Below the pieces are notes generated by a model. That model saw only the letters and a list, made by a program, of their open reading frames with translations. It did not search any database and was not told the origin of the DNA. DNA of 64,000 nucleotides from Gammaproteobacteria bacterium (lineage in GTDB: Bacteria > Pseudomonadota > Gammaproteobacteria > Steroidobacterales > PWYM01): the NCBI GenBank assembly GCA_003567475.1, contig PWZL01000021.1, positions 3,485 to 67,484 on the forward strand, in the 5' to 3' direction. The first letter of the stretch is position 1. The number at the start of each line of letters is the position of its first letter. A program made the translations under genes and the position numbers. Shown here piece by piece: positions 50,909 to 61,000 of this stretch.

Positions 50909-50942
50909 AGCTTAAGCCCCGTTTGTTACGATCATGTGACGA
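50909..50942 (-). promoter_or_regulatory. putative Pho box plus -10 upstream of the Sel1 gene
   Basis: TCGTCACatga/TCGTAAC, 10 nt, TAAGCT. Confidence 0.6.
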
Positions 50943-51000
50943 GATGGCCGCAAGGCCCGCAAAGCGCGGTCCCGAGGACGCGCGGCGAGGAGGGAAGCCC

Positions 51001-51456
51001 ATGGACAGCGTCATCACGGCGCGCGTCGGCGCAGCGCGACCGACGCCAGCACACCACCCCGGCCAAGCGCGCTGGGGCACGGTCACACTGACCTGGACCG
51101 GCGCGCTGCTGGCGGCAGGCGCCGGCTGGGCGGTCGCCGCGGCCACTGAGGCGACGCCGGTGGACCCGGAACTCGCCCTGCTGATCCGCGGCATGGCCGG
51201 GATCAAGGCGCTGATCGTGGTGGCGCTGCTCGCGGCGCTGAGCTGGCGGACCCGATGGCACCTGTCACGCCCCCTGTGGGCGGCTTACGCCATGGGCGCC
51301 TGGGGCATGGCCTTCGCGACCCTGCTGATCTGGCAGGCCGCCTTCATCGGCGCCGCCGCGGTATTTTTCCACGTCGCCGAGCTGGCCGTACTCGTCCTGG
51401 CGTGGCGCGACGGTCGCCGGAGTTTCGGCCTGCTCGACTACGCCGGACGGGGCTGA
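51001..51456 (+). CDS. hypothetical membrane protein
   Basis: GGAGGAGG RBS, four hydrophobic segments. Confidence 0.6.
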   Translation: MDSVITARVGAARPTPAHHPGQARWGTVTLTWTGALLAAGAGWAVAAATEATPVDPELALLIRGMAGIKALIVVALLAALSWRTRWHLSRPLWAAYAMGAWGMAFATLLIWQAAFIGAAAVFFHVAELAVLVLAWRDGRRSFGLLDYAGRG

Positions 51457-51502
51457 TCAGCCCCCCCGGCGCCGGCGCGTCACCGCCGTTTTCGAACCCG
51501 GC

Positions 51503-52303
51503 TCAGGGCGCCCCGGCCTTCCGACCGACCGCCTCACCTTCGGCACGGTAATGACCGTTCACCGCCAGCGCAGGCTTGTCGTCCGTCTCGTCGTCACGGC
51601 CGTGTTCATCAGCCGCGGTCGAGGTTGCGGCCTGGCCGTCACCGTCCTTGACGTCCTCGCGCGCGTCGCCGTCAGCAGCACCCGCGTCCTGCAGGACAGG
51701 TGTCTCGGCCGCCGAATCGGCCGCCGGGATGGCCCCCTCCGCTGCGGCACTGGACTCGGCGGCGTGAGCGGCCTGGGCGGGCGGATCGGCGACTTCAGGG
51801 GCGGCCGTCGACTTGGCAGCCTCGGGCTCCTCGGACGCGCGGTCGTGGGCCGGGGTTGCCGCGGCCCCGGCGGCCGCCGCACCCACCGCGGCCCCCGCGA
51901 CGCCCGCGCGCGCCGGATCCGGCCCTGAGGACGCGGTCGCCGACCCGGGCGGATCCCCCGCGTCGTCGGTGCCGGCCTCGGTGTCCGTCACGGCCTCGGT
52001 CAAGCGTCGCCGCTCGGGCTCCGCCTGCAGCACGTCCTGCCGCGGCGCATCGCAGAGCTCGGTGGCGCCGGAGGCGAGGTGCTCATACAGACTGCGGTAG
52101 TCCGCGGTGATCTGGTCGAACAGCTCGCCGGTGTGCTGGAAATGATCCGTGACCTGCTGACGGTAGTCCGCCAGCGCCTGCTTGGCCGCATCCCGCTCAG
52201 CCTCGACCTTGCCGGCACGCGACTTGTCGGACGAGAGCCGGCCGACGGCGAGGCCGATGACCCCACCGGCGACAACCAGAAGCAGGTAGACGAGTATCTC
52301 CAT
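51503..52303 (-). CDS. YhcB/ZapG (DUF1043) family protein with long acidic Ala-rich tail
   Basis: N-terminal TM helix, YRQQVTDHFQHTGELF...YRSLYEHLASGA motif. Confidence 0.8.
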   Translation of the reverse strand: MEILVYLLLVVAGGVIGLAVGRLSSDKSRAGKVEAERDAAKQALADYRQQVTDHFQHTGELFDQITADYRSLYEHLASGATELCDAPRQDVLQAEPERRRLTEAVTDTEAGTDDAGDPPGSATASSGPDPARAGVAGAAVGAAAAGAAATPAHDRASEEPEAAKSTAAPEVADPPAQAAHAAESSAAAEGAIPAADSAAETPVLQDAGAADGDAREDVKDGDGQAATSTAADEHGRDDETDDKPALAVNGHYRAEGEAVGRKAGAP

Positions 52304-52587
52304 GACAACCTCCACGCGGACACACCCGAGCGCCGGGTGACCCGCAACAGTGAACTGCGTCGAGCATAGGCAATGCGTAACGGCTTTACCACCGTATTTT
52401 CCGCAGCGCCACAGGGGTTTGCCTGTCGTGACATTCCCGCTACAGTGCACTCGCCGGATAAGGGGAGGACGTTCACGGCAGGGTCGGCCCGAAGACCTCA
52501 GAACGTGCGGCTCCGGCTTGCAGCAACCGCCCGCGGCGCTCGAAGGACGCGCACGCCGCCGGCCATGCTCCGCGAGGACATGGCAAC

Positions 52588-55500
52588 GTGATCGAAGAGC
52601 CCTCTACCGTGCCCGCGGTGCTGCCGCCGAAGGCGTCCGTCAATCCCCTGCGCACGCGCGCGGACTGGCAGTCCGCGCGTACGGCCTGCGAGACCGACCC
52701 CGGCCGCTACCATGGCGACCTCGCCGCTCACGAGCTGCACTGGTTCGATCCCGCGACAGGCAGCCACGGCGCCTGGCTGACGCTCGACGCCGGCGGCCAC
52801 TGGTCAGGCTGGGACGCGGTCAGCGGGGCTGCCGTCACCGCCGATCATGCCGCTGACTGGCGCCCGTGGCGCTGTGGCCTGGACGACACCGAGGCGCCCT
52901 GGTATCGCTGGTTCGTCGATGCCCGCACCAATGCCTGTTTCAACGAAGTCGACCGGCATGTGCTCGCAGGACATGGCGAAGAGCCCGCGCTGCTGGTGGA
53001 AGGCGATCGCTGGGACCAGTCGCGTGCCGAGGGTCGCGGCGGCCCGGTGGTGTCCTACCCGGTCTCCCGACGCCGGCTGCTGGTGGAGGTTGCCAGCGCC
53101 GCGCTGGTGATGCAGCGCTTGGGCTTGCGGCGGGGTGACCGCATCGCCCTGAACCTGCCGAATATTCCTCAGCAGGTGGTCTGGACTGAGGCGGCCAAGC
53201 GCCTGGGGATCATCTACACGCCGGTGTTCGGCGGTTTCTCCGACAAGACGCTGGCCGATCGCATCCACGATGCCCGTGCCCGCGTGGTGATCACCGCTGA
53301 CGGCGGTTACCGCAACGCCCAGATCGTGCCGTTCAAGGCCGTCTACACGGATCCCGCGCTGGACCAGTATCTGCCAGGCGAGCGTGCGCTCACCGTGGTC
53401 GCCGAGGCGCTGGCAACCCTCGGACTGGGTGCCGAAGCCGTCGAGCGCATTATCGCCTGTGCGGCCGATGCGGTGGCTGGCGAAATCACCGTCGAGCGCC
53501 GGGATGTCATGCGTGGTGTGGGCGTGGCCCTGGGCGAACTGAGCGAGCGCGCCGATCTCGACGCCGCGGCCGCCGGGCGTATCCGCACGACCCTGGCCCG
53601 CGCGCTGGTCGATGCCGGTGCCGACGTCGAGCATGTGATCGTGGTCCGCCACACCGGCCAGGAGGACCTGCCCTGGCGCGAGGGGCGCGATCTCTGGGCT
53701 CACGAACTCCTCGCCGAGGCCACTGAGACACTGCTCGAGGCCGCCCGCGGCGCCGGCATCGAGGTGGCGGACGCCGCCGGCCTGCTTGCCCTGCCGGATG
53801 CCGACTGCGTCCGTGCCGTCTGGGCCGCCTGTCCGCCAGCGCCGCTCGACGCCGAATATCCGCTGTTCTTCATCTACACCTCCGGCTCCACCGGCAAGCC
53901 CAAAGGCGTCGTGCACGTGCACGGCGGCTACACGGCCGGTATCGCACACAGCATGCGCATCAGCTTCGATGCCCGGCCGGGCGATGTCATCTATGTGGTG
54001 GCCGACCCCGGCTGGATCACCGGCCAGAGCTACATGCTCTCCGCGGCACTGACTACCCGGGTGACCAGTGTCCTGGCCGAGGGTGCGCCGGTATTCCCCT
54101 CCGCGGGGCGCTTCGCCTCGATCATCGAGCGCTATGGCGTGACCATCTTCAAGGCCGGCGTCACGTTCCTCAAGACCGTGATGACCGATCCGCAGAACGT
54201 CGAGGACGTGCGCCTCTATGACCTCTCCTCGCTGCGGGTGGCGACGTTCTGTGCCGAGCCCACCTCACCGGCGGTGCAGCAGTTCGCGATGGAGCTGATG
54301 ACCCCCTGGTACATCAACTCCTACTGGGCCACCGAGCACGGCGGCATCGTCTGGACACATTTCTATGGCAACGGCGACTTCCCGCTGCGCGCCGACGCCC
54401 ACACCTGGCCCCTGCCGTGGGTGATGGGCGACGTCTGGCTGCCGGATGGCCCGCCCGCCGCTGACGGCCGGCTGCCCTGGCGCCGTGCCGACGATGGTGA
54501 GAAAGGCGAGATCGTGATCCATGCGCCCTACCCTTACCTCGCCCGCACCATCTGGGGCGACGCCGAGCGCTTCGTGGTCGAGGATGACCGCGTAAGCCCC
54601 GGCTGGCGCGGCGACTTCGCCCGTTACCGCGACACCTACTGGGCGCGCTGGCAGGACACCTGGGCCTATACCCAGGGCGATTTCGCCATCCGCCATGCCG
54701 ATGGCAGCTTTTCGCTGCACGGGCGCAGCGATGATGTGATCAACGTCTCCGGCCATCGCCTGGGCACCGAGGAGATCGAGGGCGCGATCCTGCGTGACAA
54801 GCAGCTCAATCCGGGCTCGCCGGTCGGTAACGTGATCGTGGTCGGCGCGCCGCACCGCGAGAAGGGCCTGACGCCGCTGGCTTTCGTGACGCCGGCACCG
54901 GGCCGACGCCTTACGGTCGATGACCGCCGACGGCTGATCGAGTTGGTGCGCCAGGAGAAAGGCGCCGTGGCCGTCCCCGAGGACTTCCTGGAGGTGCCGG
55001 CGTTCCCCGAAACGCGCAGCGGGAAATACCTGCGTCGCATGGTGCGCGCGCTGGTCGAAGGCCAATCCCCGGGCGACACCACCACGCTACGCAACCCCGA
55101 ATCGATTCCCCCGCTCGAACGGGCGATCGGCGAGTGGATCGCGCGCCAGAAGATCCGCGAGACACAGCGCCTGCTGGAGCGTGGCCGCTACTTCCATATC
55201 CACTACCACCCGGTGCCGCTCGCAGGCCACGAAGACTCACGGCTGGCGCTGGTGACGGTCAGCAATCCGCCGGTCAACGCGCTCAACGAGCGCGCGCTCG
55301 ACGAACTCGTCACCGTGGTCGAGCACCTGTCGCGCCGGCCCGAGGTGGTGGCGGTGATCTTCACCGGCGAGGGCACCTCCTCGTTCGTGGCCGGCGCAGA
55401 CATTCGCCAGCTGCTCGAAGACGTGCACACGCTCGACGAGGCCATCACGCTGCCCAACGTCGCCCACCTGGCCTTCCGCAGCATCGAGCGCATGGACAAG

Positions 55501-58065
55501 CCCTGCATCGCCGCGATCAACGGCGTGGCGCTCGGCGGCGGCATGGAATTCGCGCTGGCCTGTCACCTGCGCCTGGCCGAACCGGTGGCGAGCTTCGGCC
55601 AGCCGGAGATCCGCCTGAACCTGCTGCCCGGCTACGGCGGCACGCAGCGGCTGACCCGGCTGCTGGCCGACCGCGACGGGCTGACGGGCCTGGTGGGGGC
55701 CGTGGAGCTGCTGATGGGCGGGCGCAGTGTCGAGGCCCCGGAGGCGCTGCGGCTCGGACTGATCGACGGCATCGCCGAGGGCGGTGATGATGTCGTGAGC
55801 CTCGCGGCCGGCATGGTCTACGACTGGCTGCGCGACCCCGCAGACAGCGCCCTGGGTCAGCGCTGGCAGCGCGTACGGGCGCAGCGGCTGGCCTGGGAGC
55901 AGCCCGGCCGCCTCAATCTCGAGGCCGCCCTGGCCAGCGAGCAGGTGGCCGCCCTGCTCGCCCAGGCCACGGCAGTGGGACGCAGCGCCGCGGCCACGCG
56001 GGTGCTCGAGGCTGTACGCACCGGCTGGGAACAGGGACTGGCCGCCGGCCTCAAGCACGAAGCCGCGCTGTTCGCTGCGGCGGTGATCGACCCCGAGGGC
56101 GGCAAGGCCGGTATCCGCGCCTTCTTCGACCGGCGCAGCCCGCCGCTGCCCGTGCGCTTCGGCCAGCCGCGCTCACTCGAGGAGGTCCCGGCGCTGATCG
56201 CCCGAGGCGAGCTGCTGCCGGTCGGCGCGCCCTTCTATCCGGGCCTGACCCCCCTGCCACGCTGGCAGATCGGCCAGGGCGTGGTGCGCGACGCGGCCAC
56301 CGGTGCGCCCCGCCATGGCGACCCCGCCGAGGTCGAGTGCGAAGTCATCGTGCCGGTGGAACGCCCGGAGGCCGACGAGGTGCTGCTGTACATCCTCGCC
56401 TCCGAGGTCAATTTCAACGACATCTGGGCCATCCAGGGCATCCCCGTATCCCCGTTCGACAGTCACGACCGCGACGTGCAGGTCACCGGCTCAGGCGGTG
56501 TGGCCCTGATCGCGGCCCTCGGCGATTCGGTGAAGCGCGAGGGACGGCTGCGCGTGGGTGACCTGGTGTCGATCTACTCCGGCCAGTCGACCCTGCTCTC
56601 GCCCTTCGCCGGCCGCGACCCGATGTCGGCAGATTTCCGCATCCAGGGCTACGAGACCCCGGACGGCAGCCACCAGCAGTTCCTCCGGGTGCAGGCACCC
56701 CAGTGCCATCCGCTGCCCCCGGATGTCCCGCTGGAGGCGGCCGGCTCCTACATCCTCAATCTCGGCACCGTTGTCCGCGCGCTCTTCACCACGCTGGGTA
56801 TCGAGCCGGGTCGGCGGATGTTCGTCGAAGGCGCGGCCACGGGAACCGGCCTGGAGGCGCTCAAGACGGCGGCGGCGCAGGGACTGCGGGTCACCGGCAT
56901 GGTCTCCAGCCCCGCCCGCGCGAACGTCGTACGGCAGTACGGCGCGGTCGGGGCGATCGACCGACGCGACCCGGCGCTGGCCGATTGCTTCCGGCCGGTT
57001 CCGGGCGAGCGTGAGGCGATTCTGGCCTGGGAGCGCGCCGGTGAGCCGCTGCTCGAGGCCTTCCGGACCCAGCATGGCGGCCAGCTCGCCGACTATGTGG
57101 TCTCGCACGCCGGCGAGCAGGCGTTCCCGCGCAGCTTCCAGCTGCTCGACCAGGGCGGCTGCCTGGCCTTTTACGGCGCCTCCAGCGGCTATCACTTCAC
57201 CTTTGCCGGCAAACCCGGCGCCGTCCGTGTGGAGGAGATGCTGCAGCGCGCCCGGCTGCGGGCCGGCGAGGCCGTGCTGGTGTACTACGGCCCGGAGCTC
57301 GACGCCGAGGCCCTGGTCGACCCCCACGGTATCGAGGCGATCGAGGCCGCGGCCGCGCGCGGGGCGCGGGTGGCCGTGGTCTGCTACAGCGAGGCTCAGC
57401 GGGAGTTCGTGCGTTCGCTGGGCTTCGGTGACCGGCTCGCCGGGGTGGTTTCGATCGAAGAGCTGTCCCGCCGGGCCACGATGGACTTCGAGTGGCCGGA
57501 CACCATGCCCGGCCTGCCGGAGGTGCGCGACGATACGGCAGCCTTCCGCGAAGCCGTGCGGGCCTTCCAGGAGCGCACCATCAAGCCGCTGGGTCAGGCG
57601 GTTGGCAAGCTGCTGCGCTCGGCCGACAACCCGCGTGGGGCGCCCGAACTGATCATCGAGCGCGCCGGTCACGATGCACTGGCCGTCTCGACCTCGCTGG
57701 TCCAGCCGTTCACCGGCCGGGTGGTGTACGCCGAAGACATGCACGCACGCCGCTACAGCTTCTACGCCCCCCAGGTCTGGACCCGCCAGCGGAAGATTCT
57801 GCTACCCACCTGCTCGATTCTTGGCACGCACCTGTGCAACCCCTACGAGGTCACGCAGATGAATCGCATGCTGGCGAGCGGCCAGCTGGAGATCACGCCG
57901 CCGACCCTGGTCGACTGGCACGAGTTGCCGGAAGCCCACCAGGCGATGTGGGAGAACCGTCACGCCGGCGCGACCTATGTGGTCAATCACGCACTGCCGG
58001 CCGCGGGCCTGCGCAGTCGCGACGAACTTTTTGAAGCTTGGGCAGCGGGAGGTCAGGGAACATGA
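52588..58065 (+). CDS. pcs: trifunctional propionyl-CoA synthase (acyl-CoA synthetase + enoyl-CoA hydratase + enoyl-CoA reductase)
   Basis: 1825 aa; YTSGSTGKPKG and PETRSGK (ACS), GGGMEFALACH and GQPEIRLNLLPGYGG (crotonase), SEVNFNDIW/GYETPDGS/EGAATGTG (Ccr-like reductase). Confidence 0.92.
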   Translation: MIEEPSTVPAVLPPKASVNPLRTRADWQSARTACETDPGRYHGDLAAHELHWFDPATGSHGAWLTLDAGGHWSGWDAVSGAAVTADHAADWRPWRCGLDDTEAPWYRWFVDARTNACFNEVDRHVLAGHGEEPALLVEGDRWDQSRAEGRGGPVVSYPVSRRRLLVEVASAALVMQRLGLRRGDRIALNLPNIPQQVVWTEAAKRLGIIYTPVFGGFSDKTLADRIHDARARVVITADGGYRNAQIVPFKAVYTDPALDQYLPGERALTVVAEALATLGLGAEAVERIIACAADAVAGEITVERRDVMRGVGVALGELSERADLDAAAAGRIRTTLARALVDAGADVEHVIVVRHTGQEDLPWREGRDLWAHELLAEATETLLEAARGAGIEVADAAGLLALPDADCVRAVWAACPPAPLDAEYPLFFIYTSGSTGKPKGVVHVHGGYTAGIAHSMRISFDARPGDVIYVVADPGWITGQSYMLSAALTTRVTSVLAEGAPVFPSAGRFASIIERYGVTIFKAGVTFLKTVMTDPQNVEDVRLYDLSSLRVATFCAEPTSPAVQQFAMELMTPWYINSYWATEHGGIVWTHFYGNGDFPLRADAHTWPLPWVMGDVWLPDGPPAADGRLPWRRADDGEKGEIVIHAPYPYLARTIWGDAERFVVEDDRVSPGWRGDFARYRDTYWARWQDTWAYTQGDFAIRHADGSFSLHGRSDDVINVSGHRLGTEEIEGAILRDKQLNPGSPVGNVIVVGAPHREKGLTPLAFVTPAPGRRLTVDDRRRLIELVRQEKGAVAVPEDFLEVPAFPETRSGKYLRRMVRALVEGQSPGDTTTLRNPESIPPLERAIGEWIARQKIRETQRLLERGRYFHIHYHPVPLAGHEDSRLALVTVSNPPVNALNERALDELVTVVEHLSRRPEVVAVIFTGEGTSSFVAGADIRQLLEDVHTLDEAITLPNVAHLAFRSIERMDKPCIAAINGVALGGGMEFALACHLRLAEPVASFGQPEIRLNLLPGYGGTQRLTRLLADRDGLTGLVGAVELLMGGRSVEAPEALRLGLIDGIAEGGDDVVSLAAGMVYDWLRDPADSALGQRWQRVRAQRLAWEQPGRLNLEAALASEQVAALLAQATAVGRSAAATRVLEAVRTGWEQGLAAGLKHEAALFAAAVIDPEGGKAGIRAFFDRRSPPLPVRFGQPRSLEEVPALIARGELLPVGAPFYPGLTPLPRWQIGQGVVRDAATGAPRHGDPAEVECEVIVPVERPEADEVLLYILASEVNFNDIWAIQGIPVSPFDSHDRDVQVTGSGGVALIAALGDSVKREGRLRVGDLVSIYSGQSTLLSPFAGRDPMSADFRIQGYETPDGSHQQFLRVQAPQCHPLPPDVPLEAAGSYILNLGTVVRALFTTLGIEPGRRMFVEGAATGTGLEALKTAAAQGLRVTGMVSSPARANVVRQYGAVGAIDRRDPALADCFRPVPGEREAILAWERAGEPLLEAFRTQHGGQLADYVVSHAGEQAFPRSFQLLDQGGCLAFYGASSGYHFTFAGKPGAVRVEEMLQRARLRAGEAVLVYYGPELDAEALVDPHGIEAIEAAAARGARVAVVCYSEAQREFVRSLGFGDRLAGVVSIEELSRRATMDFEWPDTMPGLPEVRDDTAAFREAVRAFQERTIKPLGQAVGKLLRSADNPRGAPELIIERAGHDALAVSTSLVQPFTGRVVYAEDMHARRYSFYAPQVWTRQRKILLPTCSILGTHLCNPYEVTQMNRMLASGQLEITPPTLVDWHELPEAHQAMWENRHAGATYVVNHALPAAGLRSRDELFEAWAAGGQGT

Positions 58066-61000
58066 CAGGCAGCCAGGACACAGGCGGCGATCGCCGCCGG
58101 ACATCTCGCGGGCGACTGGCGGGCAAGATCGCCCTGGTCACCGGTGCAGGCGGCAACATCGGCCGGGTGGTCTGCGAACGCTTCCTGAAGGAAGGCGCCA
58201 CCGTGGTCATGACCGGGCGCACGCGCGAGAAACTGGAGGCGCTGCGCAGCGACCTTCGGGAACGCCTGCGGGTGCCCGCGGCGCGCATGCCGGTGGTGGT
58301 CATCGACGGCGCCGAACCCGGGCAGGTGCGCGTCGGCATCGAGAACATCATCGCCACGCACGGGCGAATCGACGTACTGGTCAACAACGCCGGCTCAGCC
58401 GGCCCGAAGTGCCCGCTGGCCGACCTGCCGATCACGCCGGACGACCTTGCGGCATTGAAGGCCGCCGGCATCGAGGAGCACGAGACCGTGCCCATGGCGG
58501 CGCGCAATTTGCTGGGCATCGCCTGGAACTTCGTACGCGCGGCGGCCCCGCACCTGCCGCCCGGCGCCAGCGTGATCAACGTCTCCACGATTTTCTCGCG
58601 AACCCAGTACTACGGCCGGGCCGCCTACGTCGTGCCCAAGGCGGCACTGAACACGTTCTCGCGCCAGCTGGCGCTAGAACTCGGGCCGAAAGGCGTCCGC
58701 GTCAACACCGTGTTTCCGGGACCGATCGCCTCCGAGCGCATCCGGACCGTGTTCGCCGCCATGGACACGCTGCGCAGCCAGCCCCAGGGCACGACGGCCG
58801 ACGAGTTTCTCGGGCTGATGACCCTGGCACGGCCCCAGGACAGCGCGGCACCCGCCTACGGCTTCCCGACCATCGATGACGTGGCCAATACCCTGGTGTT
58901 CCTCGCCAGCGATGAGTCGGCCGCCATGAACGGCCACAACATCGAGGTCACCCATGGCATGCAGGTGCGCCAGGAGTCGCGCAGCACGGCCATCTCGCGA
59001 CCGGAACTGCGCACCGTCGACGGCGTGGGCGTCCGGATCCTGCTGGCAGCCGGCGATCAGGTGAGCGACGCCCTCACCGTGGCCCGGGTGCAGGCCGACT
59101 GCGGCGCCGAGGTGCTGCTTGGGCTGGGCTCTGAGGAATCGGTCCGCGCGGCCCGCGAGGCTCTGGAGGACACGGGCCGAGACCAGCGGATCCGCACGGT
59201 ATTGCTGGACCGGACCCGGCCCGACACCGTCAGGGCAGTGTTCGAGGCGTTATGCGACGCCGGGGAGGCGCTGCATGGGGCGATCATCATGCCGGCCTAC
59301 GGGGCCTGGCGCTTCCGCGGCACCCTGGTCGGGGACAGTGACGCCGACGTGGCCGCGTTCCTCGACGGCGAGCTGGTCGGCAGCCTGGTCATCGCCCGTG
59401 AACTGACGCGGTTCTGGAAGCGGATCGGAGACGCGCTGCGGCTGGCGCCGAGCGTGGTGTTCGTCTCCAATGGCGACGACGGCCACGGCAATGTCTATGC
59501 CGACATCCTGCGGGCGGCCACCGAGGAACTCTGCCGCATCTGGCGCAACGAAACCGAAGTGCAACAGCAGGCGGGCGAGCGCCGGTTCCAGGAATGGTCC
59601 AACCAGGTGATCCGCTGGCCCAACCGCGAAGGCGAGGAAGTGCCCTTCGCCGCCGGGCAGGCGGCCAGACTGCTGTATACCCGGCGGCGGATCCGGCAGG
59701 TGAACCTCTACCTGCCGGCCTCGATTGCCGAGGCGACCGGTTCACGGCGCGCGATCTTCGGCTGGATGGAAAGCCTGATGGGCCTGCACCTCGGCAAGGT
59801 CGCGCTGATCACCGGCGGCTCGGCAGGCATCGGCGGACAGCTTGGCCGGCTGCTGGCCATTGGCGGGGCACGGGTCATGCTGGTGGCGCGCCGCGCCGAT
59901 CAGCTGGCCGAGATGCGTGCGTCCATCGTGCGGGAACTCGAAGACATCGGCTATTACGCGGCCGAAGAACGGGTCCAGGTGATGGCCGACATTGATGTCG
60001 CCGACGAGGCGGCGCTGGCCCGCTCGGTGGCGCAGACCATGGCGAAGTTCGGGCGTCTCGACTATCTGATCAACAACGCCGGCATTGCCGGCGCCGAGCA
60101 GATGGTCGTCGATATGGAGGTGGACGACTGGCGCAACACCCTGAATGCCAATCTGGTCTCGAACTTCTCACTGATCGAGAAAGTCGTGCCGATCATGAAG
60201 GCGCAGGGCAGTGGCTACATTCTGAACGTCTCTTCCTATTTCGGCGGTGAAAAATACATCGCCGTGCCCTATCCCAACCGGGCCGATTACGCCGTCTCCA
60301 AGGCCGGCCAGCGCGCCCTGACCGAAAACCTCGCGCGCTTCGTCGGCCCGGAAATCCAGATCAATGCCATCGCTCCCGGCCCGGTCGACGGCGACCGGCT
60401 GCGGGGTACGGGCGGCAAGCCGGGGCTGTTCGAGCGTCGCGGGCGGCTGATCCTCGAGAACCGGCGTCTCAATGCCCTGTACGCCGCAGTCATCGAGGCC
60501 CTGAAGGCCGGCCATGACATCGACGCGATCCTGCAGGTGCTCGCCAGCAACGATGCGGCGGCGATCGCCTCCGAGGAGCGCGCACCGCCGCAGTTGCGCG
60601 CCTTCGCCGAACGCGTGCGCAACAAGGGCCTGGAACTCCAGGAAGCCGCCAGTTCAGGACGCTTCCTGATGAACCGCGCGATCGCCCAGCGGCTGATCGG
60701 GCGCCTGCGTCTCGGTGGCCGGTTCCTCGCCGAGAGCCAGAGCGCCGCTTACGGCGACGACTGGTTGACGGCCCTGCCCGCGCCGCCCGAACCGTTCGTC
60801 GCGCAGAGCGACGTGCTGAAGGCGGCGGAGAAGATCCGTACCGGCGTGCTGGAGATCCTGCATCTCAACAACATGCCCAGTGAACTCGAAGTGGCGCTGG
60901 CCACCGTGTACTTCCTGGCCGACCGGGCGGTCTCCGGCGAAACCTTCCACCCCTCCGGCGGACTGCACCAGGAACGCACCATCACCGAACGTGAGCTGTT

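Noticed and set aside
52304-52587. Possible riboswitch or leader peptide before pcs
   Set aside because: No recognisable conserved motif or strong structure; the short ORF ending at 52591 lacks support
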